Origin: an uncultured Bacteroidales bacterium
GTDB lineage: Bacteria > Bacteroidota > Bacteroidia > Bacteroidales > FEN-979
DNA: 62,483 bases
Assembly (NCBI GenBank): GCA_903824935.1
Contig: CAIJYT010000149.1
Location: 1 to 62,483 of the forward strand
Reading direction: 5' to 3'
This document shows positions 1-10,477 of the stretch, piece by piece. Both the position numbers and the translations under genes were made by a program. How positions within the stretch are numbered: position 1 is the stretch's first letter; each line of letters starts with the position of its first letter. The notes below the pieces were generated by a model that had not been told where the DNA came from, searched no databases, and worked only from the letters and a program-made list of their open reading frames with translations.

Positions 1-1
1 A

Positions 2-1630
<1,629 letters not shown>

Positions 1631-1691
1631 GCCGGGCTTGACTTTTTCTTCCCGCTTTCGTATATTTACAGATTGATAATATTCATATATT

Positions 1692-3158
1692 ATGAAACCT
1701 GTATATATTTTCCTCTGCTGTTTTTACGTTTTGTTCTTACCAGCCGGGCAGGCAGCAGCCCGGGTCAGTCCAGGGGTGTCGTCTGATTCTCTCTGCCCTC
1801 CCCGATTTTTGCAATCCAGTGCACCTGAATTTATGGCTTCTTATCTTTGGTGGTCTAAGCCTATGAGGGCGGACTCAACCACACCGCCGGGACTGCTGGG
1901 CTACTATCTCCACGGCAATGGCCACAGACTGGAATATATTGATGGTCCAAATACCCTGATGCACTATCATATGTGGCCGAAACTCGGGAGGTGGACTTAC
2001 GCTGTCACCGCCTACTACGACCTGAGTTATTATGGGCAACCGGGGCAATTCGGCGAATCCCCTGCCTCAAATGAATCCATTCTCGACATGGATGTTGATT
2101 TTATGTATCCTTTGAATGAAAACTTTGATCATGGTTTTTATGGTAATTATAACTGGCATTTTTCCCCTGACCAGGGGAATTGGGATGCCGATTATGAGCA
2201 TGGGAACCCAAAACCTTGCATGGTTTTCAAAGGCAATCCGGGGGAAACCAATTACCACACGGCTTTGATCAGCTTCTGGAATCCCATGAACCTCTGGGTG
2301 TGTGCCAATGTATCGCTTTCAGTTGACCTTAAACTTGAAAATGTAAATCCCACGGGCAAAGAAAAGCTGATCATTGAGGCCGGGAGCGACAGTGTATGGG
2401 ATGTTTTACAGACTTTCACAAATGTGATGGATACCGGCTGGATCCATTACCGGTATGATTGCAATAAATACATTGGTGATGTGATCATGTTCAGGTTCAC
2501 GGCTGCCGGGGTAAATTCGACAGATATAGCGGGCTGGTATCTTGATAATGTTAAACTGGATCCGGTATGCCTGCCGCCGGCCGGGGGAAAAGCAGTGAGA
2601 CAGAAAAACAACATCAACCGTATCTCGTGGGTCCCGCCCTGTGCCGGCAGTTCAAAGACGTTATATCCCGGCGGCATCATTGCAGGCTACTTTATTTACA
2701 GGTCGGATTCAGCAGGCAATCCTCCCTTTACGGTATTGAATTACATGCCTTTTAAGGATACTGTTTACTATGATACCCTGCCAACCGGGTTGTATTCTAA
2801 TTATTTTTCTTATTACCTGCAAACCCGGTTTAATGCTCCGGGAACAAATTATTATGCCTGCGAATCCCCCCCGGGAGACACCCTGAAAGTAACCTCCCTG
2901 TCTGTTGCCTCACTTGAAGAATCTGAAGTGCTGGTTTATCCCAATCCCTCATCCGCAGACATTATTATTACGGGATCCATTACCATCAGCGGTTGCGAGA
3001 TATGGAACACTTCAGGGCAAATGGTGGAACTCATCCGCAGTAACAATACAAAAGAACTTAAACTGGATGTAAGCAAACTTGTCCCGGGCTTATATTTCCT
3101 GAGAATTCAGACTGAGAAGGGTGTAATAAACCGTAAACTTTTCAGATCAGCCCGCTAA
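1692..3158 (+). CDS. T9SS type A sorting domain-containing protein (FN3-like and MAM/adhesin-like modules)
   Basis: N-terminal signal peptide; C-terminal YPNP...LDVSKLVPGLYFLRI...RKLF sorting motif; internal GWYLDNV jelly-roll-like and GYFIYRS FN3-like motifs. Confidence 0.75.
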   Translation: MKPVYIFLCCFYVLFLPAGQAAARVSPGVSSDSLCPPRFLQSSAPEFMASYLWWSKPMRADSTTPPGLLGYYLHGNGHRLEYIDGPNTLMHYHMWPKLGRWTYAVTAYYDLSYYGQPGQFGESPASNESILDMDVDFMYPLNENFDHGFYGNYNWHFSPDQGNWDADYEHGNPKPCMVFKGNPGETNYHTALISFWNPMNLWVCANVSLSVDLKLENVNPTGKEKLIIEAGSDSVWDVLQTFTNVMDTGWIHYRYDCNKYIGDVIMFRFTAAGVNSTDIAGWYLDNVKLDPVCLPPAGGKAVRQKNNINRISWVPPCAGSSKTLYPGGIIAGYFIYRSDSAGNPPFTVLNYMPFKDTVYYDTLPTGLYSNYFSYYLQTRFNAPGTNYYACESPPGDTLKVTSLSVASLEESEVLVYPNPSSADIIITGSITISGCEIWNTSGQMVELIRSNNTKELKLDVSKLVPGLYFLRIQTEKGVINRKLFRSAR

Positions 3159-3204
3159 TCGGCAAGGGTAGTAATCCCGGTAGTGATTACTGATAATTTG
3201 CGGA

Positions 3205-3576
3205 TCAGCTTATTAATTTTTTCTCCAGTGTTGTTTCAATGAATTTATTTAAAGAAACTCTTTCCTGTTTGGCTTTTATAAATGCAAGACGGTGAATTTC
3301 CGCGGAAAGACGGATGTTAAAACTACCCTTGAAAGGTTTCTCAGGTTGAATGTTTTTTTCCTTGCAAAATGCCAGGTATTCGTCTACTGTACGCTCAAAG
3401 GCATCTTTTAATTCATGGGCATTATCTGATTCGAACGTGATCAGATCATTGATATGCTCTATCTTTCCCCAGAATACTTCGTCATCAGAAGAAAAATTTA
3501 CAGAACCTATATATCCTTTATAAAGGAGGATGTTAGTTGTTCCATGCTGTCTTTGTTTCTTTTCTTTTCTCTTCAT
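3205..3576 (-). CDS. hicB: HicB family antitoxin (type II TA)
   Basis: YKGYIGSVNFS..DEVFWGKI..INDLITFE, AFERTVDEYL, PEKPFKGSFNIRL and C-terminal RHH SLNKFI. Confidence 0.9.
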   Translation of the reverse strand: MKRKEKKQRQHGTTNILLYKGYIGSVNFSSDDEVFWGKIEHINDLITFESDNAHELKDAFERTVDEYLAFCKEKNIQPEKPFKGSFNIRLSAEIHRLAFIKAKQERVSLNKFIETTLEKKLIS

Positions 3577-3585
3577 AAAATCCTG

Positions 3586-3841
3586 TTATATCATTTCATT
3601 TTCCCTTAACTTTTCGATAATTAAGGTGAGAACATAGCTTTCAGCTCTTTCCCCGGATGTGGTTTATGAAACATGATTTTGTCATTCAATCTTTTGTTAT
3701 AGAACATCACTGCTGAGCCAGATGTTTTACCCCTGTTTTCCTCTGCATATCCAAATCCGCGTAATAACCGGACCATTTCGTCATAAGTAAATTTTTTGGC
3801 CCGGAGAGAAGTTTTTGAACCAGCTTTTCCTGAATACTCAT
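3586..3841 (-). pseudogene. hicA: HicA family toxin, two single-base deletions
   Basis: Manual translation gives MSIQEKLVQKLLSGPKN / TYDEMVRLLRGFGYAEENRGKTSGSAVMFYNKRLNDKIMFHKPHPGKELK / YVLTLIIEKLRENEMI*. Frame breaks lie in homopolymers near 3789-3797 and 3639-3641; the gene sits directly upstream of hicB. Confidence 0.85.
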
Positions 3842-3855
3842 CGACACTTCTATTG

Positions 3856-3863
3856 CAAAAGTA
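3856..3863 (-). promoter_or_regulatory. Bacteroidota -7 promoter element for hicAB
   Basis: TACTTTTG (TAnnTTTG) on the minus strand, 14 nt before the hicA ATG. Confidence 0.6.
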
Positions 3864-3881
3864 AAATAAAAAGATAGTTTG

Positions 3882-3902
3882 TGCAACTATTTTTTAGTTG
3901 CA
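3882..3902. promoter_or_regulatory. Putative HicB operator palindrome
   Basis: Perfect inverted repeat TGCAACTA-N5-TAGTTGCA over the expected -33 region of the hicAB promoter. Confidence 0.6.
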
Positions 3903-4101
3903 TTTTAAAATAAACCGGCAAGCCTCCCAAGTTCCACCCCAGATGGGAATTAACCCGGAGAGATTAAACACTTAATTCGCCTTAAGGGAAAAAGTGATAG
4001 AAAAGAAAGGTTTAAATAAAAATCAAATAGTATGAATCTCAGGCGAGCCCTGGATCCGGGTCCCCCCCCCCCCCGGAGGGGCAGGAAATTAACCGGGAAG
4101 G

Positions 4102-5481
4102 TTAAATCAACCCGCTAAGAAGGAAGGGTAAAAATCCCAGCAGAATCGTAAGGATCGTAAGGAACAGTATTGAGATCCTGAAAGGCCGTCCAACCTGCAA
4201 GACGATCCCGTTGTCCTCCCTGAAATACATGGCTATGATGGGCTTGAAATAATAGCCCACACTTACGGCCGATCCTGCAATTGCAACGATCACCAGCCAA
4301 AGCCAGCCCTGTTCAATGGCTGCTGCAAAGAGAAAATACTTTCCTATAAAGCCTGCCAGCGGAGGAATCCCAGTGAGGGATAACATGGCTACAGCCAGGG
4401 TAAAGGCTTCGATACGGTTTTTCTTTGCGATGCCGTTGAAAGACCCGAAGTAATCGTTTCCCATGGCTTCCCTTACAAGGATAAGGATTGCAAAGGCAGC
4501 GATGGTTGCTATGGAATATGAAATTGAATAGAACAGAAGGGCGTTTGCCGTGCGTCCCGAAAATGCTACCATGGCCAGCATCATATAACCGGAATGGGAG
4601 ATGCTTGAATAAGCCAGCATTCTCTTGAGATTAGGCTGGTATAAGCCGGTTAAATTTCCTATCACAATGGTGATGGCCGCAAGGACTGCGATGGTCATTT
4701 CCCAAACTCCGTGTATGCCGAAGAAAGTGATGCTGAAGAAGCGGTACATGGCGAAAACGCTGGCAGTTTTAACTACGGTTGCCATAAATGCAGTAAGCAG
4801 GGTTGGTGTTCCTTCGTACACATCAGGAGCCCAGAAATGGAAGGGGGCGATGGCTATTTTGAACAGCAGTCCTATGATCAGCAGGAAGAGCCCGGCTTTG
4901 AACATGGGTGGCAGTCCTGCACCGGCATGCTCCGCCACATAGGAATGTATTGCATAGAGGTCGAATGAGCCGCTGGAGCCGTATATTAGGGCTATGCCGA
5001 ATAATAAAAAGCCTGAAAGGAAAGAACCGAGCAGGAAATATTTTAAGGTAGCTTCGTTGGATGTGATGGCTTCCTTGTGGCTGCCTGCAAGCACATACAG
5101 GGCAATTGAAAGTGTCTCGATGCCTATGAACAGCATAATGAGATTTCCGAAGTAGCTCATCAGCACAGCCCCAACAAGAGCGAAGATCATGATGGCGTAA
5201 ATGTCGTCGAGGGGACGAACCACCTTGCGGTAGTACTGGGCTGCAAACATGAAAATGAGGAAGGTCGAAAAGATCAATACCGAGCTGAAGGCCACTCCTG
5301 AATTGTCGATGATGAGCATATTGTGGAACAGGCTGCGGTTCATGTTCCAGTGCAGCACGCTCATTACGAGCGATGCCAGCAATCCGACGAGAATCAATGG
5401 CAGCAGCCAGGTCTTCTTTTTCAGAATGCCGAGAAAAAGCACCAGCACCCCTAAAACCGATAATGATATTATGCTATTCAT
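4102..5481 (-). CDS. nuoN: NADH-quinone oxidoreductase subunit N
   Basis: EATLKYFLLGS, FKIAIAPFHFWAPDVYEG, KRMLAYSSISH motifs; last gene of the nuo operon. Confidence 0.95.
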   Translation of the reverse strand: MNSIISLSVLGVLVLFLGILKKKTWLLPLILVGLLASLVMSVLHWNMNRSLFHNMLIIDNSGVAFSSVLIFSTFLIFMFAAQYYRKVVRPLDDIYAIMIFALVGAVLMSYFGNLIMLFIGIETLSIALYVLAGSHKEAITSNEATLKYFLLGSFLSGFLLFGIALIYGSSGSFDLYAIHSYVAEHAGAGLPPMFKAGLFLLIIGLLFKIAIAPFHFWAPDVYEGTPTLLTAFMATVVKTASVFAMYRFFSITFFGIHGVWEMTIAVLAAITIVIGNLTGLYQPNLKRMLAYSSISHSGYMMLAMVAFSGRTANALLFYSISYSIATIAAFAILILVREAMGNDYFGSFNGIAKKNRIEAFTLAVAMLSLTGIPPLAGFIGKYFLFAAAIEQGWLWLVIVAIAGSAVSVGYYFKPIIAMYFREDNGIVLQVGRPFRISILFLTILTILLGFLPFLLSGLI

Positions 5482-5490
5482 TTACATTAA

Positions 5491-5513
5491 TTCAATGTTC
5501 AATATTCAATATT
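5491..5513. repeat. Heptamer tandem array (TTCAATR)x3, nuoM-nuoN spacer
   Basis: ttcaatg ttcaata ttcaata tt. Confidence 0.7.
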
Positions 5514-5570
5514 ATTCGCACCAATTGTTTATTCCATTTGTGTGCTCATTAAGGCTTCGCCGAACGACAT

Positions 5571-7022
5571 TCATCTTATAATTCCAATGACCTGCCCCAC
5601 CCCATTCTCCGCCATTTTCATAAACATGCCCGGGAAAATTCCTATCCAGAGAACCATGATCACGATTGCTATAAGCGGTATCATTTCCTTCCAGCTCAGA
5701 TCGCTTACCTGTTCAGTCACCGCATTGGTGTTTCCAAGCATAACCCTCTGGTACATCCACAGCATGTAAAGTGCGCTGAAAATGATTGTAAGTCCTGCCA
5801 CTGCTGCAAAAACCATATTGTATTTAAACATGCCCAGGAGGATGAGGAACTCACCCACAAAGCCGTTGGTAAGCGGAAGTGCAATGCTTCCAAGCAAAAT
5901 AATCATGAAGAATGCCGCCAGGCGCGGGGCTTTGATCGCAATCCCTCCGAGTTCCGAAATGCTGGTGGTCTTTGTCCTTGCCTCTATATACTGTATGATG
6001 ATAAAAAGCCCCACGATATTAATCCCGTGCGAAATCATCTGTATCATGGCCCCCTGCATCGCCTGTGCATTCAGGACCATGATCCCTGCAGCAACAAGGC
6101 CCAGGTGGGCAATTGAAGAATAAGCGATCAGCCGTTTCAGGTCATCCTGTCTTATTGCAATCAGAGAAGCATAAACAATGCCCGTCACGGGTAAAATAAT
6201 GAAAAGGCCGTTGGTCGTGTTAAGCACCGAAAAAGTTATCGGAATCATCCAGCGTATCATCCCGAACAATCCCATTTTGGACATCAGTCCGCCAAGCAGC
6301 ATGCTTCCCGGATAAGGCGCCGTTACGTAGGTATCCGGCTGCCAGGTATGGAATGGAAAGATTGGAACCTTTATTGCAAAGGCGATAAAGAATGCCAGGA
6401 ATACCCAGATCTGTTCGTCCGGTTTAAGGTTGCTTGCATAAAGCCAGATATGATCGAAGGAATGAGGAAGCGGTGTACGGAAATACAGGAAGATAATAGC
6501 AACCAGCATCAGCAGGCTGCCGCTGAAAGTATAGGCAAAGAATTTAAAGGTGATCCTGATCCTGTCTTTCCCTCCCCAGAAAGCGGCAATGAAATACGCC
6601 GGGATCAGCGCGAGTTCCCAGAAAATATAAAACACCATCCCGTCAAATGCCGTGAAAACGCCCATTAGTCCTGCCTGCATAAGAAAGATGAGACTGTAAA
6701 ATGAAGCAGGCCTGTTGATCTTCTGCCCGAAAGTCGTGTAAATGATGATGGGTACAAGGAAGGTAGTCAGAAGCACCATCAGCATGCTCAGCCCGTCAAT
6801 CCCGAATTTCAGGCTTATTCCATAACTTGCAAGCCAGTCGAGGCGGAACAGCAGATGGCAATGGCAGTATAGGAAATACTGGACCAGGGCTGCGATGCTG
6901 ATGCCGAATTCAACCAATGCCATTGCGAACGCCAGGTTACGGGCCCATTTTTCTTCCTTCACGAAGAACAGGCCGGTTGCCGCAAGCAGGGGCAGGAATA
7001 TCAGTGTAAACGTCAGCATCAC
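5571..7022 (-). CDS. nuoM: NADH-quinone oxidoreductase subunit M
   Basis: GIDGLS, FYIFWELALIP, AIKVPIFPFHTW, GFVGEF motifs. Confidence 0.95.
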   Translation of the reverse strand: MMLTFTLIFLPLLAATGLFFVKEEKWARNLAFAMALVEFGISIAALVQYFLYCHCHLLFRLDWLASYGISLKFGIDGLSMLMVLLTTFLVPIIIYTTFGQKINRPASFYSLIFLMQAGLMGVFTAFDGMVFYIFWELALIPAYFIAAFWGGKDRIRITFKFFAYTFSGSLLMLVAIIFLYFRTPLPHSFDHIWLYASNLKPDEQIWVFLAFFIAFAIKVPIFPFHTWQPDTYVTAPYPGSMLLGGLMSKMGLFGMIRWMIPITFSVLNTTNGLFIILPVTGIVYASLIAIRQDDLKRLIAYSSIAHLGLVAAGIMVLNAQAMQGAMIQMISHGINIVGLFIIIQYIEARTKTTSISELGGIAIKAPRLAAFFMIILLGSIALPLTNGFVGEFLILLGMFKYNMVFAAVAGLTIIFSALYMLWMYQRVMLGNTNAVTEQVSDLSWKEMIPLIAIVIMVLWIGIFPGMFMKMAENGVGQVIGIIR

Positions 7023-8908
7023 AAAAAGATATTAATAAACAGTATCAGCAAAATCCCAATGATCATAAAGAACAGGTACATACCCACATGCCCGCTCTGG
7101 AGGTAGCGGATTCCATTACTGAATCTCACAACCAGTGTACCTGTCCCGTTTACGATACGGTCGATGAACCTCTCCTCGATGAATTTTTGAAGTGCATCCG
7201 AAATGCGCAAAGCCGGTCTTACGAAAAGGTAATCGTAAACCTCATCCACATAAAATTTATTTTCAATCAAACGAATCAATACGTTCCGGCTAGCGGTTCC
7301 AGGATCACGATTCACGGTTTTCCGGTATGCGACATAAGCCATCAGCAGTACCAGTAAAAGCACCACTACCATATTCGACCACTCCAGCCTTGCAGCCACA
7401 TGATGAGGCTGAAGCTGGTTAAGCCTTACTGCATCGGCAAAAACAGGCGCAAGGAATTCTTTAAGCATGCCGCTCCCACCCATGATTTCAGGGATGTTCA
7501 GGAAACCCCCGAAGAACGCCAGCACGGCGAGTATGATAAGAGGTATTGTCATCACTGAAGGTGATTCATGTATTTTTAATGACTGCGGATCACTACCTCT
7601 GTTTTTTCCTGCGAAAGTGAGGAAGAGTAGGCGGAACATATAGAATGCCGTCATCATCGATACTCCCACGGCAACAACCCAGAGCGGCAGGCTTGATCCG
7701 AATACGTTGCCCAGGATCTCATCCTTGGAGAAGAATCCCGAAAGCGGCGGCAATCCGGCAATAGCCAGGGTGCCGACCAGGAATGTCCAATAAGTTTTCG
7801 GCAAAGCATTTTTCAGTCCTCCCATTTTCCTGATATCCTGTTCCCCTTCAAGGGCATGGATCACGCTTCCCGCCCCGAGGAACAGCAGGGCTTTGAAGAA
7901 GGCATGGGTCATAAGGTGGAACATGGCCCCTGTAAATGCTCCCACGCTTAATGCAAGAAACATGTAGCCGAGCTGGCTGATGGTTGAATATGCCAGGACT
8001 TTCTTGATATCGTTCTGAAAGATGGCTATTGCCGCGGTCATCAGCATGGTGGCCAGGGCAGTGATGCCCATGACTTCCATGGTAACAGGTGCAAGAACAT
8101 ATAACACACCCGAACGTGCAACCATATATACGCCTGCCGTGACCATGGTTGCTGCATGTATCAATGCTGAAACAGGGGTCGGACCGGCCATTGCATCGGG
8201 AAGCCAGGTGTAAAGGGGAATCTGGGCGCTCTTGCCAACCGCTCCAATAAACAGCAGCATTGTAATGGCAACCATTGTCCCGCTGCCGGCTGACATTGTT
8301 TTTGCCTGTTCAAAGACCACCTGGTAACCGAAACTCTTGAAAGTCGTAAAAATAAGGAACATCCCCAGCAGGAACCCCAGGTCGCCTATGCGGTTCATGA
8401 TAAAGGCCTTTTTTGCGGCATTGTTGAATTGCTGGTTTTTAAACCAGAAACCGATCAGCAGGTAAGAACATAAGCCAACGCCTTCCCATCCGATGAACAT
8501 CACTGCATAATTCGCACTCATCACCAGGATCAGCATGAAAAAGATGAAGAGGTTCATGTATGCAAAAAAACGGTTGAACCCCTTATCGTGCGACATGTAG
8601 CCGATGGAATACACATGGATCACAAACCCCACACCGGTAATGATCAGCATCATCAGGATAGACAGGGAGTCGATCAGGAACTCGAAGGGTATGGAAACGG
8701 GGCCGAGGGAAATCCAGTCAAAAAAGCGAAAAGCGAAAGGCGAAAGGCGAAAATTAAATAATACAATCAGTGAAAGAATAAAAGAAATGAGAATAGTCCC
8801 GGGACCGAGAATGGCAGCAACACGTTTCGGAATGCCGCGATAGCCCAGGCCCAGGATGATGAATCCTAAAAGAGGCAGTAAAGGAACCAATGCAATGAGT
8901 ATAGTCAT
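7019..8908 (-). CDS. nuoL: NADH-quinone oxidoreductase subunit L
   Basis: IHVYSIGYM, GWEGVGLCSYLLIGFW, GKSAQIPLYTWLPDAMAGPTPVSALIHAATMV motifs. Confidence 0.95.
   Translation of the reverse strand: MTILIALVPLLPLLGFIILGLGYRGIPKRVAAILGPGTILISFILSLIVLFNFRLSPFAFRFFDWISLGPVSIPFEFLIDSLSILMMLIITGVGFVIHVYSIGYMSHDKGFNRFFAYMNLFIFFMLILVMSANYAVMFIGWEGVGLCSYLLIGFWFKNQQFNNAAKKAFIMNRIGDLGFLLGMFLIFTTFKSFGYQVVFEQAKTMSAGSGTMVAITMLLFIGAVGKSAQIPLYTWLPDAMAGPTPVSALIHAATMVTAGVYMVARSGVLYVLAPVTMEVMGITALATMLMTAAIAIFQNDIKKVLAYSTISQLGYMFLALSVGAFTGAMFHLMTHAFFKALLFLGAGSVIHALEGEQDIRKMGGLKNALPKTYWTFLVGTLAIAGLPPLSGFFSKDEILGNVFGSSLPLWVVAVGVSMMTAFYMFRLLFLTFAGKNRGSDPQSLKIHESPSVMTIPLIILAVLAFFGGFLNIPEIMGGSGMLKEFLAPVFADAVRLNQLQPHHVAARLEWSNMVVVLLLVLLMAYVAYRKTVNRDPGTASRNVLIRLIENKFYVDEVYDYLFVRPALRISDALQKFIEERFIDRIVNGTGTLVVRFSNGIRYLQSGHVGMYLFFMIIGILLILFINIFL
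8724..8751. repeat. Heptamer array (ARGCGAA)x4 inside nuoL
   Basis: aagcgaa aagcgaa aggcgaa aggcgaa, read as FRLSPFAFRF in NuoL. Confidence 0.75.
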
Positions 8909-8925
8909 GTTTTGTCTTTGTCTTT

Positions 8926-9039
8926 AGCGAGCATTTTGCATAAGCGGCATCAGGTTCAAGGAGCTTTACGTTTGCAGGAGGAGCATATCACTATATCGCT
9001 TCGCAGCAACCGTAGCCGCGATGCAATGATGCGAGCGCT
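8926..9039. repeat. ~114-nt imperfect palindromic element (REP/MITE-like) between nuoK and nuoL
   Basis: Left arm agcgagcattttgcataagcggc pairs with right arm gccgcgatgcaatgatgcgagcgct; inner ggtt/aacc and atat/atat pairs; abuts the nuoK stop. Confidence 0.55.
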
Positions 9040-9357
9040 TCACCACTTCAACTTATTTAAAACATCTATGTCAATAGAATGCGTCGTCTTATATATCAGC
9101 ACGAATATCGCCAGCCCTATGGCCACCTCGGCAGCAGCAACCACCATGATGAAAAACACGAAGATCTGACCTGCCGGATCGTTCGAATATGCCGAAAACG
9201 CCGCCAGCAGAAGGTTCACCGAATTGATCATCAGCTCGACCGACATCAGTATCACCAATGCATTCCTCTTGATCAAAACCCCTATCACCCCTATCGAAAA
9301 CAGCATGGAGCAGAAGATCAGGTAGTGGTTTATCGGTATGGTAGTGAGTGTGTTCAT
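9040..9357 (-). CDS. nuoK: NADH-quinone oxidoreductase subunit K
   Basis: LMSVELMINSVNL, GQIFVFFIMVVAAAEVAIGLAI. Confidence 0.95.
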   Translation of the reverse strand: MNTLTTIPINHYLIFCSMLFSIGVIGVLIKRNALVILMSVELMINSVNLLLAAFSAYSNDPAGQIFVFFIMVVAAAEVAIGLAIFVLIYKTTHSIDIDVLNKLKW

Positions 9358-9367
9358 TTATTATTAC

Positions 9368-9409
9368 TTCAACATTCAATGTTCAATATTCAATATTCGA
9401 TATTCAAAT
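9368..9409. repeat. Heptamer array (consensus TTCAATA)x6, nuoJ-nuoK spacer, overlapping the nuoJ stop
   Basis: ttcaaca ttcaatg ttcaata ttcaata ttcgata ttcaaat. Confidence 0.8.
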
Positions 9410-9904
9410 TTGTTCTTTTTTCCCCAGCAATACCGCTCCCACCATCGCCGTTAAAAACAGTATTGATGAAACTTCGAACGGCAGCATATAATCCCTGTAA
9501 AGTACTATTCCCAGTTCTTTTACAAGTCCTATCTGCGATCCTTCGGGCTGCTGCATAACATGCAGGTCATAGCCCCTCAAAACCCCGATAAGTACCATGC
9601 CCAGCATAACTCCGGCAATTATTGCCGAAGCTTTTACCCAGATTGGCTTCGGTGATTGTTCGTCCTTATTAAGATTTAAAAGCATCACTGTAAACAGGAA
9701 AAGCACCATGATGGCGCCGGCATATACGATAATGTGGACAATAGCCAGGAACTGGGCGTTCAGGAGGATATAATGCCCTCCAATGGCGAAAAAAGTCAGT
9801 GTAAGATAAAGCACGCTGTGTATGGGCTTCTTTGAGAGCAGCATCATCACTGCGCTGTAAAGTGCGAGTATGGAAAGGAAATAAAATATGTAACTAGTGA
9901 ACAT
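9404..9904 (-). CDS. nuoJ: NADH-quinone oxidoreductase subunit J
   Basis: IIVYAGAIMVLFLF and PFEVSSILFLTAMVGAV. Confidence 0.95.
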   Translation of the reverse strand: MFTSYIFYFLSILALYSAVMMLLSKKPIHSVLYLTLTFFAIGGHYILLNAQFLAIVHIIVYAGAIMVLFLFTVMLLNLNKDEQSPKPIWVKASAIIAGVMLGMVLIGVLRGYDLHVMQQPEGSQIGLVKELGIVLYRDYMLPFEVSSILFLTAMVGAVLLGKKEQI

Positions 9905-10472
9905 TATGCCTCTGATTTTTATCCTTTTTGAACTCCAGTACTTCGGTTGTCTGCCGTTTGCTTACATCTATTCTTTTTGAAGGATCAACAGGTTCTACCA
10001 GTAAATCCTTGCCATAGATGAATTTATCCCTGTCATAACCGGCCTTCACAATTGTTTTCGTGAGGAAGATTGCTTCCTTGGGACAGGCTTCTTCGCACAG
10101 CCCGCAGAAAATGCACCTGAGCATATTGATCTCGTAGGTGGATGCATATTTTTCCTCCCTGTACAGATTTTCCTCCCCTGGCTTGCGTTCAGCAGCCACC
10201 ATGGTGATTGCTTCGGCCGGGCAGGCGACAGCGCAAAGCCCGCAGGCCGTGCAGCGTTCCCTTCCCTCATCATCTCTTTTCAGCACATGTCTGCCCCTGT
10301 AAATCTCGGAAAATTCCCGTTTTACTTCCGGATATCGCACCGTTGTCTTTTTCGTAAAGAGATGGCCTAATGTGATCCACATACCTTTAAGGATTGCAGG
10401 CAAATAGATCTTCTCCCAAAAAGACATCTTTTTGTTGGAAACGACCCTGCTCCGTTTAGTCAATCCTGTCAC
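9894..10472 (-). CDS. nuoI: NADH-quinone oxidoreductase subunit I
   Basis: Two CxxCxxCxxxCP ferredoxin motifs (CTACGLCAVACP, CIFCGLCEEACP). Confidence 0.95.
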   Translation of the reverse strand: MTGLTKRSRVVSNKKMSFWEKIYLPAILKGMWITLGHLFTKKTTVRYPEVKREFSEIYRGRHVLKRDDEGRERCTACGLCAVACPAEAITMVAAERKPGEENLYREEKYASTYEINMLRCIFCGLCEEACPKEAIFLTKTIVKAGYDRDKFIYGKDLLVEPVDPSKRIDVSKRQTTEVLEFKKDKNQRHNVH

Positions 10473-10477
10473 AGCCC

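Noticed and set aside
5514-5570. GGCTTCGCC mini-hairpin and flanks in the nuoM-nuoN spacer
   Set aside because: Possibly a repeat remnant, but too short and single-copy here to support a call
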